Origin: a phage
Reading direction: 5' to 3' (one strand)
NCBI GenBank assembly: GCA_026204955.1
Contig: GCA_026204955.1_4545.1
Length of the DNA: 44,324 nt
Positions 33,502 to 42,592 of the stretch are shown piece by piece (within the stretch, counting starts at the first letter, position 1; the number at the start of each line of letters is the position of its first letter). The notes beneath the pieces were generated by a model. The model did no database searches, had not been told where the DNA came from, and saw nothing but the letters and a program-made list of their open reading frames with translations. The position numbers were made by a program, and so were the translations under genes.

Positions 33502-34886
33502 TGCGTAACTATGCGGCAGAACATCGCGCCCTTGAACGAGCGATCGCAAAGCGAAACCGACCGCCGCGCCCGACACGCGTTGCGCAGGCAGTCCGCCTTT
33601 ACCAGCCTGATTGTCTTCCGCACCAGGTGGAACTACTGCGGGACACTAAGACTAAAATCCTCGGTCTGTGTTCCGGCTTCGGTGGTGGTAAGTCATGGGT
33701 TGCGGCACGTAAGGTCATCCAGCTTCTGACACTGAACCCTGGTCATGACGGCATCGTGACCGAGCCGACTATCCCACTCCTGGTTAAAATCATGTATCCT
33801 GAACTGGAGAAGGCATTCGACGAGGCAGGCTTCCGGTGGAAGTTCAACAAGCAGGACAAGATTTATAGCGTGCTGGTGAAAGGCAAATGGACGCGCGTTA
33901 TTTGTGAGTCAATGGAGAACTATACCCGCCTTATCGGTGTTAACGCCGCGTGGATTGTTGCCGACGAGTTCGACACCACGAAGCAAGACGTCGCAATGGC
34001 GGCTTATCACAAATTGCTCGGTCGTCTGCGTGCAGGACTTGTCCGCCAGTTCGTCATCGTGTCCACGCCGGAAGGCTTCCGGGCGATGTATCAAATTTTC
34101 GAAGTGGAGAAGGATAGCCAAAAGCGCCTGATCCGTGCGAAGACTACCGATAACCACCACTTACCGGCAGACTTTATCGACACGCTGCGCAGTCAGTACC
34201 CGGCTAACCTGATCGATGCGTACCTGAACGGCCTGTTTGTCAACCTTACGTCGGGCGCGGTATACAAGATGTTCAACCGTGAGGAGAACGCCAGCACCGA
34301 GGAAGTGCAACCGGATGACACGCTCATTATCGGTATGGACTTTAACGTCACGAAAATGGCTGCGGTCGTGTACGTCAGACGGCAGCGTACCACCGAAAAC
34401 AAGGAGTTCCGCGACGAGATCCACGCAGTGGATGAGTTTGTGGACCTGTTTGACACCCCGGCTATGATTGAGGCGATCGAAGAGCGCTACCCCGATCATT
34501 GTGCTGCCGGTCGGGTCGTCGTTTACCCGGATAGCAGCGGCAAGTCTCGCAAGACTGTCAACGCATCGTCGTCTGATATCGCGCAACTGGAAGACGCGGG
34601 CTTCGAGGTGGAATACGACAGCGTTAACCCGCCTGTGAAAGACCGATTAATCGCGATGAATACGATGATGTGCAACTCGAAGGGCGTGCGCCAGTATTTT
34701 GTCAACCTGGATAAATGCCCTACACTAGCGAAATGTCTGGAACAGCAGGTTTACGACCTGAAGAAAGGCGAGCCGGATAAAACCGCCGGTGTGGACCACA
34801 TGAACGATGCCGCGGGCTATCCAATTGCGCACCTGTTCCCAGTGATTCGTCCGATCGCCGTTGTTCCAACTGTAGACTTCTACTAA
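33501..34886 (+). CDS. terminase large subunit
   Basis: 461 aa; Walker A GLCSGFGGGKS, Walker B-like IVADEFD, acidic nuclease-domain residues in C-terminal half; followed by portal. Confidence 0.75.
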   Translation: MRNYAAEHRALERAIAKRNRPPRPTRVAQAVRLYQPDCLPHQVELLRDTKTKILGLCSGFGGGKSWVAARKVIQLLTLNPGHDGIVTEPTIPLLVKIMYPELEKAFDEAGFRWKFNKQDKIYSVLVKGKWTRVICESMENYTRLIGVNAAWIVADEFDTTKQDVAMAAYHKLLGRLRAGLVRQFVIVSTPEGFRAMYQIFEVEKDSQKRLIRAKTTDNHHLPADFIDTLRSQYPANLIDAYLNGLFVNLTSGAVYKMFNREENASTEEVQPDDTLIIGMDFNVTKMAAVVYVRRQRTTENKEFRDEIHAVDEFVDLFDTPAMIEAIEERYPDHCAAGRVVVYPDSSGKSRKTVNASSSDIAQLEDAGFEVEYDSVNPPVKDRLIAMNTMMCNSKGVRQYFVNLDKCPTLAKCLEQQVYDLKKGEPDKTAGVDHMNDAAGYPIAHLFPVIRPIAVVPTVDFY

Positions 34887-34896
34887 GGAAACGACC

Positions 34897-36417
34897 ATGA
34901 CCGTTAACGTTGACAACCAGCACCCGCTCTATGCGCGCATCGCGCCAGAGTGGAAAATGATCCGTGATTGTGTAGCAGGGGAGCGCGCCGTGAAGGCGTG
35001 CGGCCCTTTGTATCTGCCACATCCCGCCAGCGGGGACAATACCGACCCTAAATCGCGGGCGCGGTATAAAGCATATAAGCAACGCGCTGTATTCCTTAAC
35101 GCCACCGCCCGCACACTAAACGCGCTGTTAGGCGTTGCCTTTGCGAAACCGGTAAGTCTGGACCTTTCCGGGGCAATGGCTGACCTGATTGACGACGTAG
35201 ACGGCAGTGGTATGCCATTGCCGCAACTCCTGCGCGGTGCTATGTCGGAAGTTCTGCAATCGGGCCGCGCTGGCTTTATGGTGGACTATGACCGCCAGGC
35301 CCACTTTGATGAGCAGGGCAACGTAGTACCGCAGACAGCCGCTGAGATGGCGATGCATCGCCCGCTTATACGCCTGTATACGGCAGAGCAGATCATCAAC
35401 TGGCGGCAGACCCACGGTGTCGACACGTTAATCGTGCTTAAGGAAACGGACGAAATCAGCACTGAAGATCCGGACGACTTCGCAAACCACGAAGTAACCA
35501 TTTGGACCGAGCTTCGCATGATTGACGGTAAGGCACACGCCCGCCGCTGGTTTTACAACGCAGACACGTCCGATGTGCAGATGGACTTGCCGCGTGGATT
35601 CACCAAAACCGATCTGGTGCCGCTGGTGGATGCCGCTGGTAACGCTCTTACTCAACTGCCATTTTGCTGGTGCGGTGCGGTGGACAACAACGCAACGCCT
35701 GACGCCGCGCCGCTGGCGGATATTGCGTCCATCAACATTAAGCACTACAACGCCGAAGCGGACGTCGCCGAGATTGCGCACATCGTGGGCCAGCCTACCC
35801 TGGTGGCAACGGGCTTGACTCAATCATGGGCTGACAAGAACATGAAGGGCGGCATTGCCCTCGGTGCGACTAAGGGCGTTATCCTGGGCCAGAACATGGA
35901 CGCTAAACTGATTCAGGCCGAGGAGCGCAACTTGTCTGTAGCACTGTGTGAGCGTCGCGAATTGCAAATGGCTAAACTGGGCGCGGCCCTGGTCGAGAAG
36001 GGGACCGCACCTAAGACGGCAACCGAGGCGGCCTACGATGCGCAGACTGATAACAGTATACTGTCGCTTATTGCCGGTAACGTTGAGAAGGCTTTCAACC
36101 GTGCGCTGCAAATCGTCCAACTCTTCACCGGTGACACCGCCGACCAGCGTGTGACGCTGAATAAGTTCTACACCGAGATCACGGTTGATGCGCAGCTTAT
36201 GACCGCGATGATGTCGGGTGTGCAGACGGGTACGGTCCGCCTGGCTGATTTCATCAAGTGGATGATGGCACAGGGCGTCATCGACGACTCGCAAACCGTC
36301 GAGCAGGTGGAAGACGAATTGCGAAATCAGAATCCATTGCCTCAAATGTCCCCCGATGCGGTAGAATCTACCGAAGAAGACCCGGACAAGGTAGCGGACA
36401 ATGGCGAAGACAATTAA
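34897..36417 (+). CDS. portal protein (putative)
   Basis: 506 aa, directly downstream of terminase large subunit, acidic C-terminus; AAGGAA RBS. Position and size based. Confidence 0.55.
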   Translation: MTVNVDNQHPLYARIAPEWKMIRDCVAGERAVKACGPLYLPHPASGDNTDPKSRARYKAYKQRAVFLNATARTLNALLGVAFAKPVSLDLSGAMADLIDDVDGSGMPLPQLLRGAMSEVLQSGRAGFMVDYDRQAHFDEQGNVVPQTAAEMAMHRPLIRLYTAEQIINWRQTHGVDTLIVLKETDEISTEDPDDFANHEVTIWTELRMIDGKAHARRWFYNADTSDVQMDLPRGFTKTDLVPLVDAAGNALTQLPFCWCGAVDNNATPDAAPLADIASINIKHYNAEADVAEIAHIVGQPTLVATGLTQSWADKNMKGGIALGATKGVILGQNMDAKLIQAEERNLSVALCERRELQMAKLGAALVEKGTAPKTATEAAYDAQTDNSILSLIAGNVEKAFNRALQIVQLFTGDTADQRVTLNKFYTEITVDAQLMTAMMSGVQTGTVRLADFIKWMMAQGVIDDSQTVEQVEDELRNQNPLPQMSPDAVESTEEDPDKVADNGEDN

Positions 36418-37504
36418 TCAATATATGGCGGATCGAATGATTCGCCGTCACATCTTCACCCAGCGCCTGAGCAACGACCAGGCGCGAAGGGTGCTGGCTA
36501 TGTGGGAGAAGTTCCGGCCCGCTTTACTGGGTAAGTTGACCGAGTTACTTGATGGTAAAAAGTCCATGAGCAACAAGGCACTTACCACACTTTTAACGCA
36601 ACTCGACAAGACCGTCAAAACGGAACTGCGCACCGAGTTTAAGGCGCTGGCTGAAAGCCTTCAGGAGTTCGCCGACACCGAGGCTGATTATCTTGCCGAT
36701 ACATTAACGGCAGCGATCCAGCCCGCGGTCGCCGTACCAGCGGTTGAGGTGGTTGGCGTTGTTACCGGCGCGCAGATTGCAGCGACGGCAATGAAAAACC
36801 CGTTCCAGGGTAATACTATGATGCAATGGCCTGATTCCCTTTCCGAGTGGACCAGGACGCAGATCGGCAATCAGGTGCGCGCCGGATTCATCCAGGGAAA
36901 GCCAACGATGGAAATTATCGCGGACGTGAGGCGCGCGCTAGGCGGTCGTAGTGCGCAAGCCATCTCAAGCGTTGTTAAGTCCGCAGTCAACCACTATGCG
37001 GCGACCGCCCGCGAACTAATGGTAAAAGCAAATGACGATATTCTCGAAGGTCGCCAATGGTTATCTACATTGGACACGCATACTTCTCCCATGTGCCAGC
37101 TACGCGATCGCCTGTTTTATCCGGTTGATGTTACTCCCGATACGAAAGGGAAGCGCGGCGGGAAAGTGGTGGCTGGATCACAATATGGCGCTGGTCCGGG
37201 CAAGCTACATTATTGCTGCCGTTCGACGGAGACGTGGAAAGTCAAAGGTATGGAAGATTGGCCCAGTGGTAAGCGTCCGGCACTGAAGGCTGACGCAGGC
37301 AGATTGCTGAGTGAGCAGGTAGACGCGCAGACTGATTTCTTCTCATGGGTGCAGCGCCAGCCGCGCCATATCCTGGAGGAGTTATATGGAGTGCAACGCG
37401 CCGACCAGATTATGCGCGGCGTGAAAGTGCCGAAGATGTTTACCGATTCTGGCGAACTGATGACTATTGCACAGCTTAAAAACCGGGGGTTATGGCGTGA
37501 TTAA
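36401..37504 (+). CDS. head morphogenesis / minor head protein (MuF/SPP1 gp7-like, putative)
   Basis: 367-aa ORF overlapping portal gene end; position after portal as in SPP1-like head modules; no strong motif seen. Confidence 0.4.
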   Translation: MAKTINQYMADRMIRRHIFTQRLSNDQARRVLAMWEKFRPALLGKLTELLDGKKSMSNKALTTLLTQLDKTVKTELRTEFKALAESLQEFADTEADYLADTLTAAIQPAVAVPAVEVVGVVTGAQIAATAMKNPFQGNTMMQWPDSLSEWTRTQIGNQVRAGFIQGKPTMEIIADVRRALGGRSAQAISSVVKSAVNHYAATARELMVKANDDILEGRQWLSTLDTHTSPMCQLRDRLFYPVDVTPDTKGKRGGKVVAGSQYGAGPGKLHYCCRSTETWKVKGMEDWPSGKRPALKADAGRLLSEQVDAQTDFFSWVQRQPRHILEELYGVQRADQIMRGVKVPKMFTDSGELMTIAQLKNRGLWRD

Positions 37505-37805
37505 ATATGCAGCGATCGGACTGGTTATCGGTCTGGTGGTAGGATTCTGGCAGGGTGATTCCTACCGCGCTGCCGTTGTGGCGAGAGCAGCGCAAGAAGC
37601 GCAAGCGAAAGCCCAACGGCAGCAAACTAAGGTTGTCGAGGGGGCAGTGCAGGCAGAACAGGCCCGCGATGTGGAATACCGGACTATCACGAAAGAGGTT
37701 GTGAAATATGTTACGCGTCCTAACCGTCCTGATTGCAGTTTTGATGCTGAGCGCGTGCGGATCAAGCAAAGCGCCATTGATGCCGCTAACCGAGTCGGTC
37801 TATAG
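37497..37805 (+). CDS. i-spanin (Rz-like)
   Basis: Track ORF from TTG 37467; preferred GTG 37497 overlapping upstream stop; N-terminal TM anchor KYAAIGLVIGLVVGFW then Ala/Gln/Glu-rich coiled coil; o-spanin gene embedded in the +1 frame. Confidence 0.5.
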   Translation: MIKYAAIGLVIGLVVGFWQGDSYRAAVVARAAQEAQAKAQRQQTKVVEGAVQAEQARDVEYRTITKEVVKYVTRPNRPDCSFDAERVRIKQSAIDAANRVGL

Positions 37806-37938
37806 ACCGCCTTGCACCTTTGAGAATGCCTCGGCAGATCCAGACGAAGACTTGCTGGTCGATGTTAAGAATATGGAATGTGGGGCTAAGCTGAGGGCGC
37901 AAGTGCTGGATTTGCAGAGAATAATTCGGGGGCCGTGA
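37708..37938 (+). CDS. o-spanin (Rz1-like lipoprotein), overlapping the i-spanin gene
   Basis: 76 aa; signal peptide with lipobox LSAC, Pro-rich mature region; GAGG RBS; starts inside Rz-like ORF in another frame and extends beyond it. Confidence 0.55.
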   Translation: MLRVLTVLIAVLMLSACGSSKAPLMPLTESVYRPPCTFENASADPDEDLLVDVKNMECGAKLRAQVLDLQRIIRGP

Positions 37939-37951
37939 TGGCCCCCTTTTT
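37928..37951. terminator. bidirectional terminator after Rz1 / after convergent clamp-like gene
   Basis: GGGGGCC-gtgat-GGCCCCC followed by T5; stem overlaps Rz1 stop codon. Confidence 0.65.
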
Positions 37952-37956
37952 GTTAG

Positions 37957-38469
37957 CTACAAACGCATCGGCTTGATAACAAGGAAGGCACCGCCTTTGA
38001 AAAGCACACGTGTCGCCTTGTCTACTCCCTGAAATTCCAGTTTTAAGCTATCAAACTTACGGTCGAACAATTTAGCAATTTTGCAGGCGTCGGACAGGTA
38101 TTCCCCGGCAAACCCTATAGCCTCCACTTTAGCGCTGTCGAAAGACGTAACTCTACGCCAGTCTGGGAATCGGCCGTCTACGATCTCTACGGGTATGGTA
38201 CCGATTAATACGTCTTTACTATCAAAGAACGCAGCGGATGTGCCGTCTATGTTGCAGTATTCGAATTTAGTAGGTAAGCGGCCTTTAATTGCTACTATTT
38301 TACTTTCACCTTCGGGAACAACCGCGGACCCGCAGAACAAACGATGACCGTCGGTGGCCACGATGAATCCTTTCTCGTCGAAAAACACACCATTCAGATA
38401 GTACCGCACGTCATTAGTTGCGGCGCACATCATAGCGGCTTTAAGATCGGCATAGTTAACTTTAATCAT
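37957..38469 (-). CDS. truncated DNA polymerase III beta sliding-clamp (DnaN) homologue
   Basis: Preferred ATG 38469 (GAGGA RBS) within track ORF 37957-38601. Segments [41 protein letters not shown] and C-terminal LVIKPMRL recalled to match E. coli DnaN [42 protein letters not shown] and C-terminal VVMPMRL; only about 169 aa versus about 366 aa. Confidence 0.6.
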   Translation of the reverse strand: [170 protein letters not shown]

Positions 38470-38490
38470 TGTCATTTCCTCATGTTGGTA

Positions 38491-38514
38491 TGCAACCAAT
38501 ATATTGCAACCAAT
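38491..38514. repeat. tandem TGCAACCAAT x2 in divergent region between clamp-like and scaffold genes
   Basis: TGCAACCAAT at 38491-38500 and 38505-38514, adjacent to the RBS of the clamp-like gene. Confidence 0.45.
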
Positions 38515-38533
38515 CCACCAATGCAAGCAAATT

Positions 38534-38561
38534 TTGCGATTATTTTTATCGCTGATAATAT
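38534..38561 (+). promoter_or_regulatory. promoter for scaffold/capsid genes
   Basis: -35 TTGCGA (38534-38539), 16-nt spacer, -10 TAATAT (38556-38561). Confidence 0.35.
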
Positions 38562-38616
38562 TAGAAGCGTGAAGTCGAGCGGGTGGCCTGCTCTGCCACA
38601 ATCCCAGGGGGATAGC

Positions 38617-39318
38617 ATGAAACTTACTAAAGCAGAATATGACGCGTTGCCGGAAGGTATGAAGGCGCTTTTTGTTGCCGATGGCGACGGGTATAAATCA
38701 ACGTTCATGACCGCAGAAGAAGTACAGGCGGAAATCAAGGGTCTGAAAGACAACAACGCGAAGCTGGTGAGCGAGAAGAAAGCAGAAGCCGAACGCCGCG
38801 CCGAAGCTGAGCGCCTTGCTAAAGAGAAAGAGGAAGCCGCTGCGCGCAAAAATGGCGACCTCGAAGCGATCGACAAGTCCTGGAAAGATAAGTTTGCGAA
38901 ACACGAAGCAGACACATCGGGAAAAATCGAAGCCTACCGCAAGCAGATCCACGATCTAACCATCGGCAGCGCTGCCAAAGACCTGGCGTCGAAGCTGTTC
39001 GGTAAGAATGCGGGCATCATGCAACGCCACGTAATGGACCGCCTGACGCTGGAAGACGGCGAAGACGGCAGCTTGAAAGTGCGAGTCTTGCAGGATGGCA
39101 AACCGTCCGCGCTGACTATGGAAGAGCTGGAAAAAGAGTTCCGTAATAACGCCGATTTTGCATCCGTCCTGGCTGGCACGCCAGCCGGTGGCGCGCCTAG
39201 CAAACCGACGCAGGTTGTCGAAGATGTGAAGTCAAAAATCACTATGGGCCACAGCTTCGGTATCACTGACCTTACGAAACAGGCAGGTGAAATCATCGCT
39301 AAGATGGGCGACGACTAG
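38617..39318 (+). CDS. scaffolding protein (putative)
   Basis: Preferred ATG 38617 within track ORF 38344-39318; 233 aa, highly charged Ala/Glu/Lys-rich coiled-coil (EKKAEAERRAEAERLAKEKEEAAARK); immediately upstream of capsid gene. Confidence 0.5.
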   Translation: MKLTKAEYDALPEGMKALFVADGDGYKSTFMTAEEVQAEIKGLKDNNAKLVSEKKAEAERRAEAERLAKEKEEAAARKNGDLEAIDKSWKDKFAKHEADTSGKIEAYRKQIHDLTIGSAAKDLASKLFGKNAGIMQRHVMDRLTLEDGEDGSLKVRVLQDGKPSALTMEELEKEFRNNADFASVLAGTPAGGAPSKPTQVVEDVKSKITMGHSFGITDLTKQAGEIIAKMGDD

Positions 39319-39326
39319 TAAGCAGA

Positions 39327-39350
39327 TTGCCCGCGAAAGCGGGCAATTTT
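39327..39350 (+). terminator. terminator or attenuator between scaffold and capsid genes
   Basis: TTGCCCGC-gaaa-GCGGGCAA followed by TTTT. Confidence 0.5.
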
Positions 39351-39418
39351 GCGAGCGCGTAAATCTAAGGTAACATTAACGTCACTGGGCGAATGCTCAC
39401 AACTCAAAGGATTTCGAT

Positions 39419-40519
39419 ATGTCTTTAACAGTGTTCCAGCGTAAACTCGTTACCGCGGTTACGCAAATGATCCCCGACAACCTGAACGTATTCAACGCTG
39501 CCGCCAATGGTGCTATTGTTCTCGGTACTGGTGAAGTGCTGAAGGATGTTGTGGAGAAAATGTCCGTAGGCTTGATCGCCAACCTTGTTACCGACCGTAA
39601 CGCCTACGCCCCTGTCGGCACTCCGGCAACCGCTAAAGTGCTGGCGCGTATGCTGACCAACTCGGTTAACCTGTCCGCGAAAGTGGGTCCGGTAGCAATC
39701 ACTAAGGCTATGATGGCTAAGATCGAAACCAACGTTAATAGCGTTGCGGCTGAGATTGCGGCACAGGCTACCCAAGCGATTATGCTGCACTACCTGAAAG
39801 CGGGTATCGGCGCAAGTAAAGCGGCGATCGAAAGCAACGCAGCGGCAAAATACACCCAACCGGCGCGCGTTGACGGCGTTGGCGGTCGTACCTTCCCGAC
39901 CCTGGCAGACTTCCCGCTGGCGGCTTCTAAGTTCGGCGATCAGGCGTCTTTGATTAAGTCCTGGTTTATGGACGGCGTTACCTGGGCAAACTTCATTGCG
40001 TACCAGGCACTCCCTTCCGCTGAACAGGTATTCGCAATTGGCGATCTCCAGGTAATGGGTGATGGCCTGGGCCGTCGCTTCATTATCTCCGATGCCGCTG
40101 CCGATGCTATGGGCGCTGGTAACATGCTGGGTCTGGTCCCTGGCGCGGTTGCAGTTACCACCAACGGCCTCGATATGCTGGCGCAGGAGAAAGGCGGTAA
40201 CGAGAACATCGAACGCTGGTGGCAGGGCGAGTTCGACTTCAACGTGGCTGTTAAAGGCTACCGTATGAAGGCGTCCGCTCGTACCCCGATCGAAGGCATT
40301 CGCTCGTTCAAGCTGTCAGATATCACCACTAAGGACAACTGGGAGCTTGACCAGGGCCAGGTAGACAACGCACCGGCAACCGTGCAGGACGTGGGTGCTG
40401 TGGGTGATGGCGACACCAAAGGCCGTCGTAAGACCCAGGCCGCACAGGAAGTGCCGACCCGTCACATCAAGGAAACGGCGGGCGTACTGGTTACGCTGAC
40501 TGCGACCAAAGCGTCCTGA
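39419..40519 (+). CDS. major capsid protein (putative)
   Basis: 366-aa ORF following scaffold gene, bracketed by strong terminators; position based. Confidence 0.55.
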   Translation: MSLTVFQRKLVTAVTQMIPDNLNVFNAAANGAIVLGTGEVLKDVVEKMSVGLIANLVTDRNAYAPVGTPATAKVLARMLTNSVNLSAKVGPVAITKAMMAKIETNVNSVAAEIAAQATQAIMLHYLKAGIGASKAAIESNAAAKYTQPARVDGVGGRTFPTLADFPLAASKFGDQASLIKSWFMDGVTWANFIAYQALPSAEQVFAIGDLQVMGDGLGRRFIISDAAADAMGAGNMLGLVPGAVAVTTNGLDMLAQEKGGNENIERWWQGEFDFNVAVKGYRMKASARTPIEGIRSFKLSDITTKDNWELDQGQVDNAPATVQDVGAVGDGDTKGRRKTQAAQEVPTRHIKETAGVLVTLTATKAS

Positions 40520-40537
40520 TCTACGCACATCCCAAAT

Positions 40538-40562
40538 GGGCGGGCTTATGCCCGCCTTTTTT
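40538..40562 (+). terminator. rho-independent terminator after major capsid gene
   Basis: GGGCGGGC-ttat-GCCCGCC followed by T6. Confidence 0.6.
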
Positions 40563-40577
40563 ATAGGAGCAAATAAG

Positions 40578-41078
40578 ATGTATGGCGACCCGCAAACCTT
40601 TGTTGATTATGCCGCTGCGCGAGGCGTTGAAATTACGCTGGGCGAGGCAACGCGACACCTTACCGTCGTTAATGACTTCCTTAACGGAATTAACTGGATC
40701 GGCGAACAAGCGGACCAGACCGGAATAGACGCATGGCCTCGCATCAATTACCCATCGGACGGTAAGCCGGTGCAAAACACGCTTACTGAAGATTTGGCAG
40801 TAGTTCCCGCTGGGCAGATTGTAGACTTCGCATCAATCCCCGTTGCCGTTGAGCAAGCCGTTTACCGGCTGGCGATGTTGGTGGCAGACGAGATCGATAT
40901 TTCTCCGATCAGCGATGGTAAAGAGACTATCCGAGAAACGGTCGGCCCGATCACGATGGAATACGACCCGGCGTCGATTGGTAGCGGTGTGTCTTTCCCG
41001 TGGTGGGATGGCTTGTTAGGGCACTGGGTTGATTCTGGCGGCAACGCCGCAGGCAATTTCGACGTATTCAGGGGGTAA
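40578..41078 (+). CDS. head completion / DNA packaging accessory protein (lambda FI position)
   Basis: Preferred ATG 40578 (AGGAG RBS) within track ORF 40536-41078; 166 aa; position between capsid and head-tail joining genes. Confidence 0.3.
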   Translation: MYGDPQTFVDYAAARGVEITLGEATRHLTVVNDFLNGINWIGEQADQTGIDAWPRINYPSDGKPVQNTLTEDLAVVPAGQIVDFASIPVAVEQAVYRLAMLVADEIDISPISDGKETIRETVGPITMEYDPASIGSGVSFPWWDGLLGHWVDSGGNAAGNFDVFRG

Positions 41079-41161
41079 TATGAATCCTGCATTACTCGCG
41101 GCGATACTCGCCGCCAACGCTAAACGGCAACCAGAACAACCGGCACAGGAGAGTGAAGAAG

Positions 41162-41515
41162 ATGGCTGGCTTTAATTACGCAGGATTAAAGCGGAAAGTG
41201 AATCCGCTGATTAAAAAATTCGGCATGACCGTTACGGTTACGCGTCCGGGATCGGTGGACCGTGTAGACGGCGACGAAGTGGTAACCCCGCCAACGTCGT
41301 TTGACGTCATCGGTCTTCGCGAGGAGTACAAGCCTAGCGAGATCGACGGAACGCGTATCGTTGCCGGGGATGTGAAGTTTTTGTGTCAGGCGGTCACGCA
41401 GGTCCAGGTCGGGGATTTGGTTAGCCTGAACGGCACTGACTACCGGGTCGTCAACCCGAACCCACTGCAACCGGCGGGCACTACCATGCTGTTTCAACTA
41501 CAGCTAAGGGGCTAA
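41162..41515 (+). CDS. head-tail joining protein (lambda FII position)
   Basis: Preferred ATG 41162 (MAGFNYAGL, GGAG RBS) within track ORF 41153-41515; 117 aa, same size as lambda gpFII; synteny based. Confidence 0.3.
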   Translation: MAGFNYAGLKRKVNPLIKKFGMTVTVTRPGSVDRVDGDEVVTPPTSFDVIGLREEYKPSEIDGTRIVAGDVKFLCQAVTQVQVGDLVSLNGTDYRVVNPNPLQPAGTTMLFQLQLRG

Positions 41516-41516
41516 C

Positions 41517-42110
41517 GTGGCTGAAGTCTACTCATTCGCCGCCACTATTGCTACGTGGGTGGATAAGACGAAGGAGAACAACGATAAGGCGGTGCGGGCG
41601 TACGGGATGCAAATACTCGGACGCCTTATTGAGATCTCCCCGGTGGGCGACCCTCGCCGGTGGAAGATTAACAAGGCTTATGCGATGGCACGCCAGCACG
41701 CGAACAAGGTGAACGCCGCACAGCGCCGCAAGAATGGCGGCAAACTGAAGCGCGGGCAGAAGAAGCACGCCAGTGTGCTCATCTCATTCAAGACTAAAAA
41801 CGGCAACGTCACGTTCCTCCAGCGTGGCTGGGCTGCGAAGAATTACACCGGCGGACGCTTCCGGGGAAACTGGCAGGTTACGTTCGACCGCCCGGCTGTC
41901 GGCGCTATTGACCGCGTGGACAAGGCCGGAACGGCAACATTAGCCGCAGGGCGTGAAGTGCTGGCGCATTACGATTCCGGTGAATACGGGTCGATCTGGT
42001 TTACTAACAATGTGCCGTATGCGCAGCGACTTGAGTATGGTTGGAGTAAACAAGCGCCCGCGGGGATTGTTCGCGTCGTAGCGGCAGAAATTAATTCGAA
42101 GGTGAAATAA
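41517..42110 (+). CDS. tail completion protein (lambda Z position)
   Basis: 197 aa (lambda gpZ 192 aa); synteny FII-Z-U-V-G-T-H. Confidence 0.35.
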   Translation: MAEVYSFAATIATWVDKTKENNDKAVRAYGMQILGRLIEISPVGDPRRWKINKAYAMARQHANKVNAAQRRKNGGKLKRGQKKHASVLISFKTKNGNVTFLQRGWAAKNYTGGRFRGNWQVTFDRPAVGAIDRVDKAGTATLAAGREVLAHYDSGEYGSIWFTNNVPYAQRLEYGWSKQAPAGIVRVVAAEINSKVK

Positions 42111-42532
42111 TGAGCAATACTCTAATCCGCAAGGCGCTTAACAGCGTTGTCGAAGAGCTATCGATTAGCCTGAGCACTAGCGCGCGCCCGATAAAGGTTA
42201 ACTGGGAGAACGTGAGCGGCGACCACGCAAACGGCAGCGGTGTCTACCTCGAACCGTACCTGCTTCCGGCACCGACCCAGTTTGTGGGCTTCCAGCAGAA
42301 GGGCCGGATCTATGCAGGCGTGTATCAGGTTGCCGTGGTATTTCCTGCGGGCACGGGCACACAGTATGCGAGCGAACTGGCGGACGCCATCGCGACGTCT
42401 GACAAGTGGCAGGCCATAAGGCTTACAGGCGCTGCATTCCAGCTTCAGGACGCGCCATACACCAGTTCAGTGATTGAGGACGTTGATCGTGCCCGCATCG
42501 TGGTTACAGTCCCCTACACCTATTGCGCCTGA
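42110..42532 (+). CDS. tail terminator protein (lambda U position)
   Basis: 140 aa (lambda gpU 131 aa); ATGA overlap with upstream gene; synteny. Confidence 0.35.
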   Translation: MSNTLIRKALNSVVEELSISLSTSARPIKVNWENVSGDHANGSGVYLEPYLLPAPTQFVGFQQKGRIYAGVYQVAVVFPAGTGTQYASELADAIATSDKWQAIRLTGAAFQLQDAPYTSSVIEDVDRARIVVTVPYTYCA

Positions 42533-42592
42533 TTTGGCGCAATTCTATGCGTGCGGTATCATTAATCCGTATATCTAAACAGGAGCTTTATT

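Noticed and set aside
41080-41175. 31-aa ORF (MNPALLAAILAANAKRQPEQPAQESEEDGWL) starting at the ATGA-like junction after the 40578 gene
   Set aside because: Overlaps the better-supported 41162 start of the FII-position gene; too short to call, though the coupling geometry leaves it possible.
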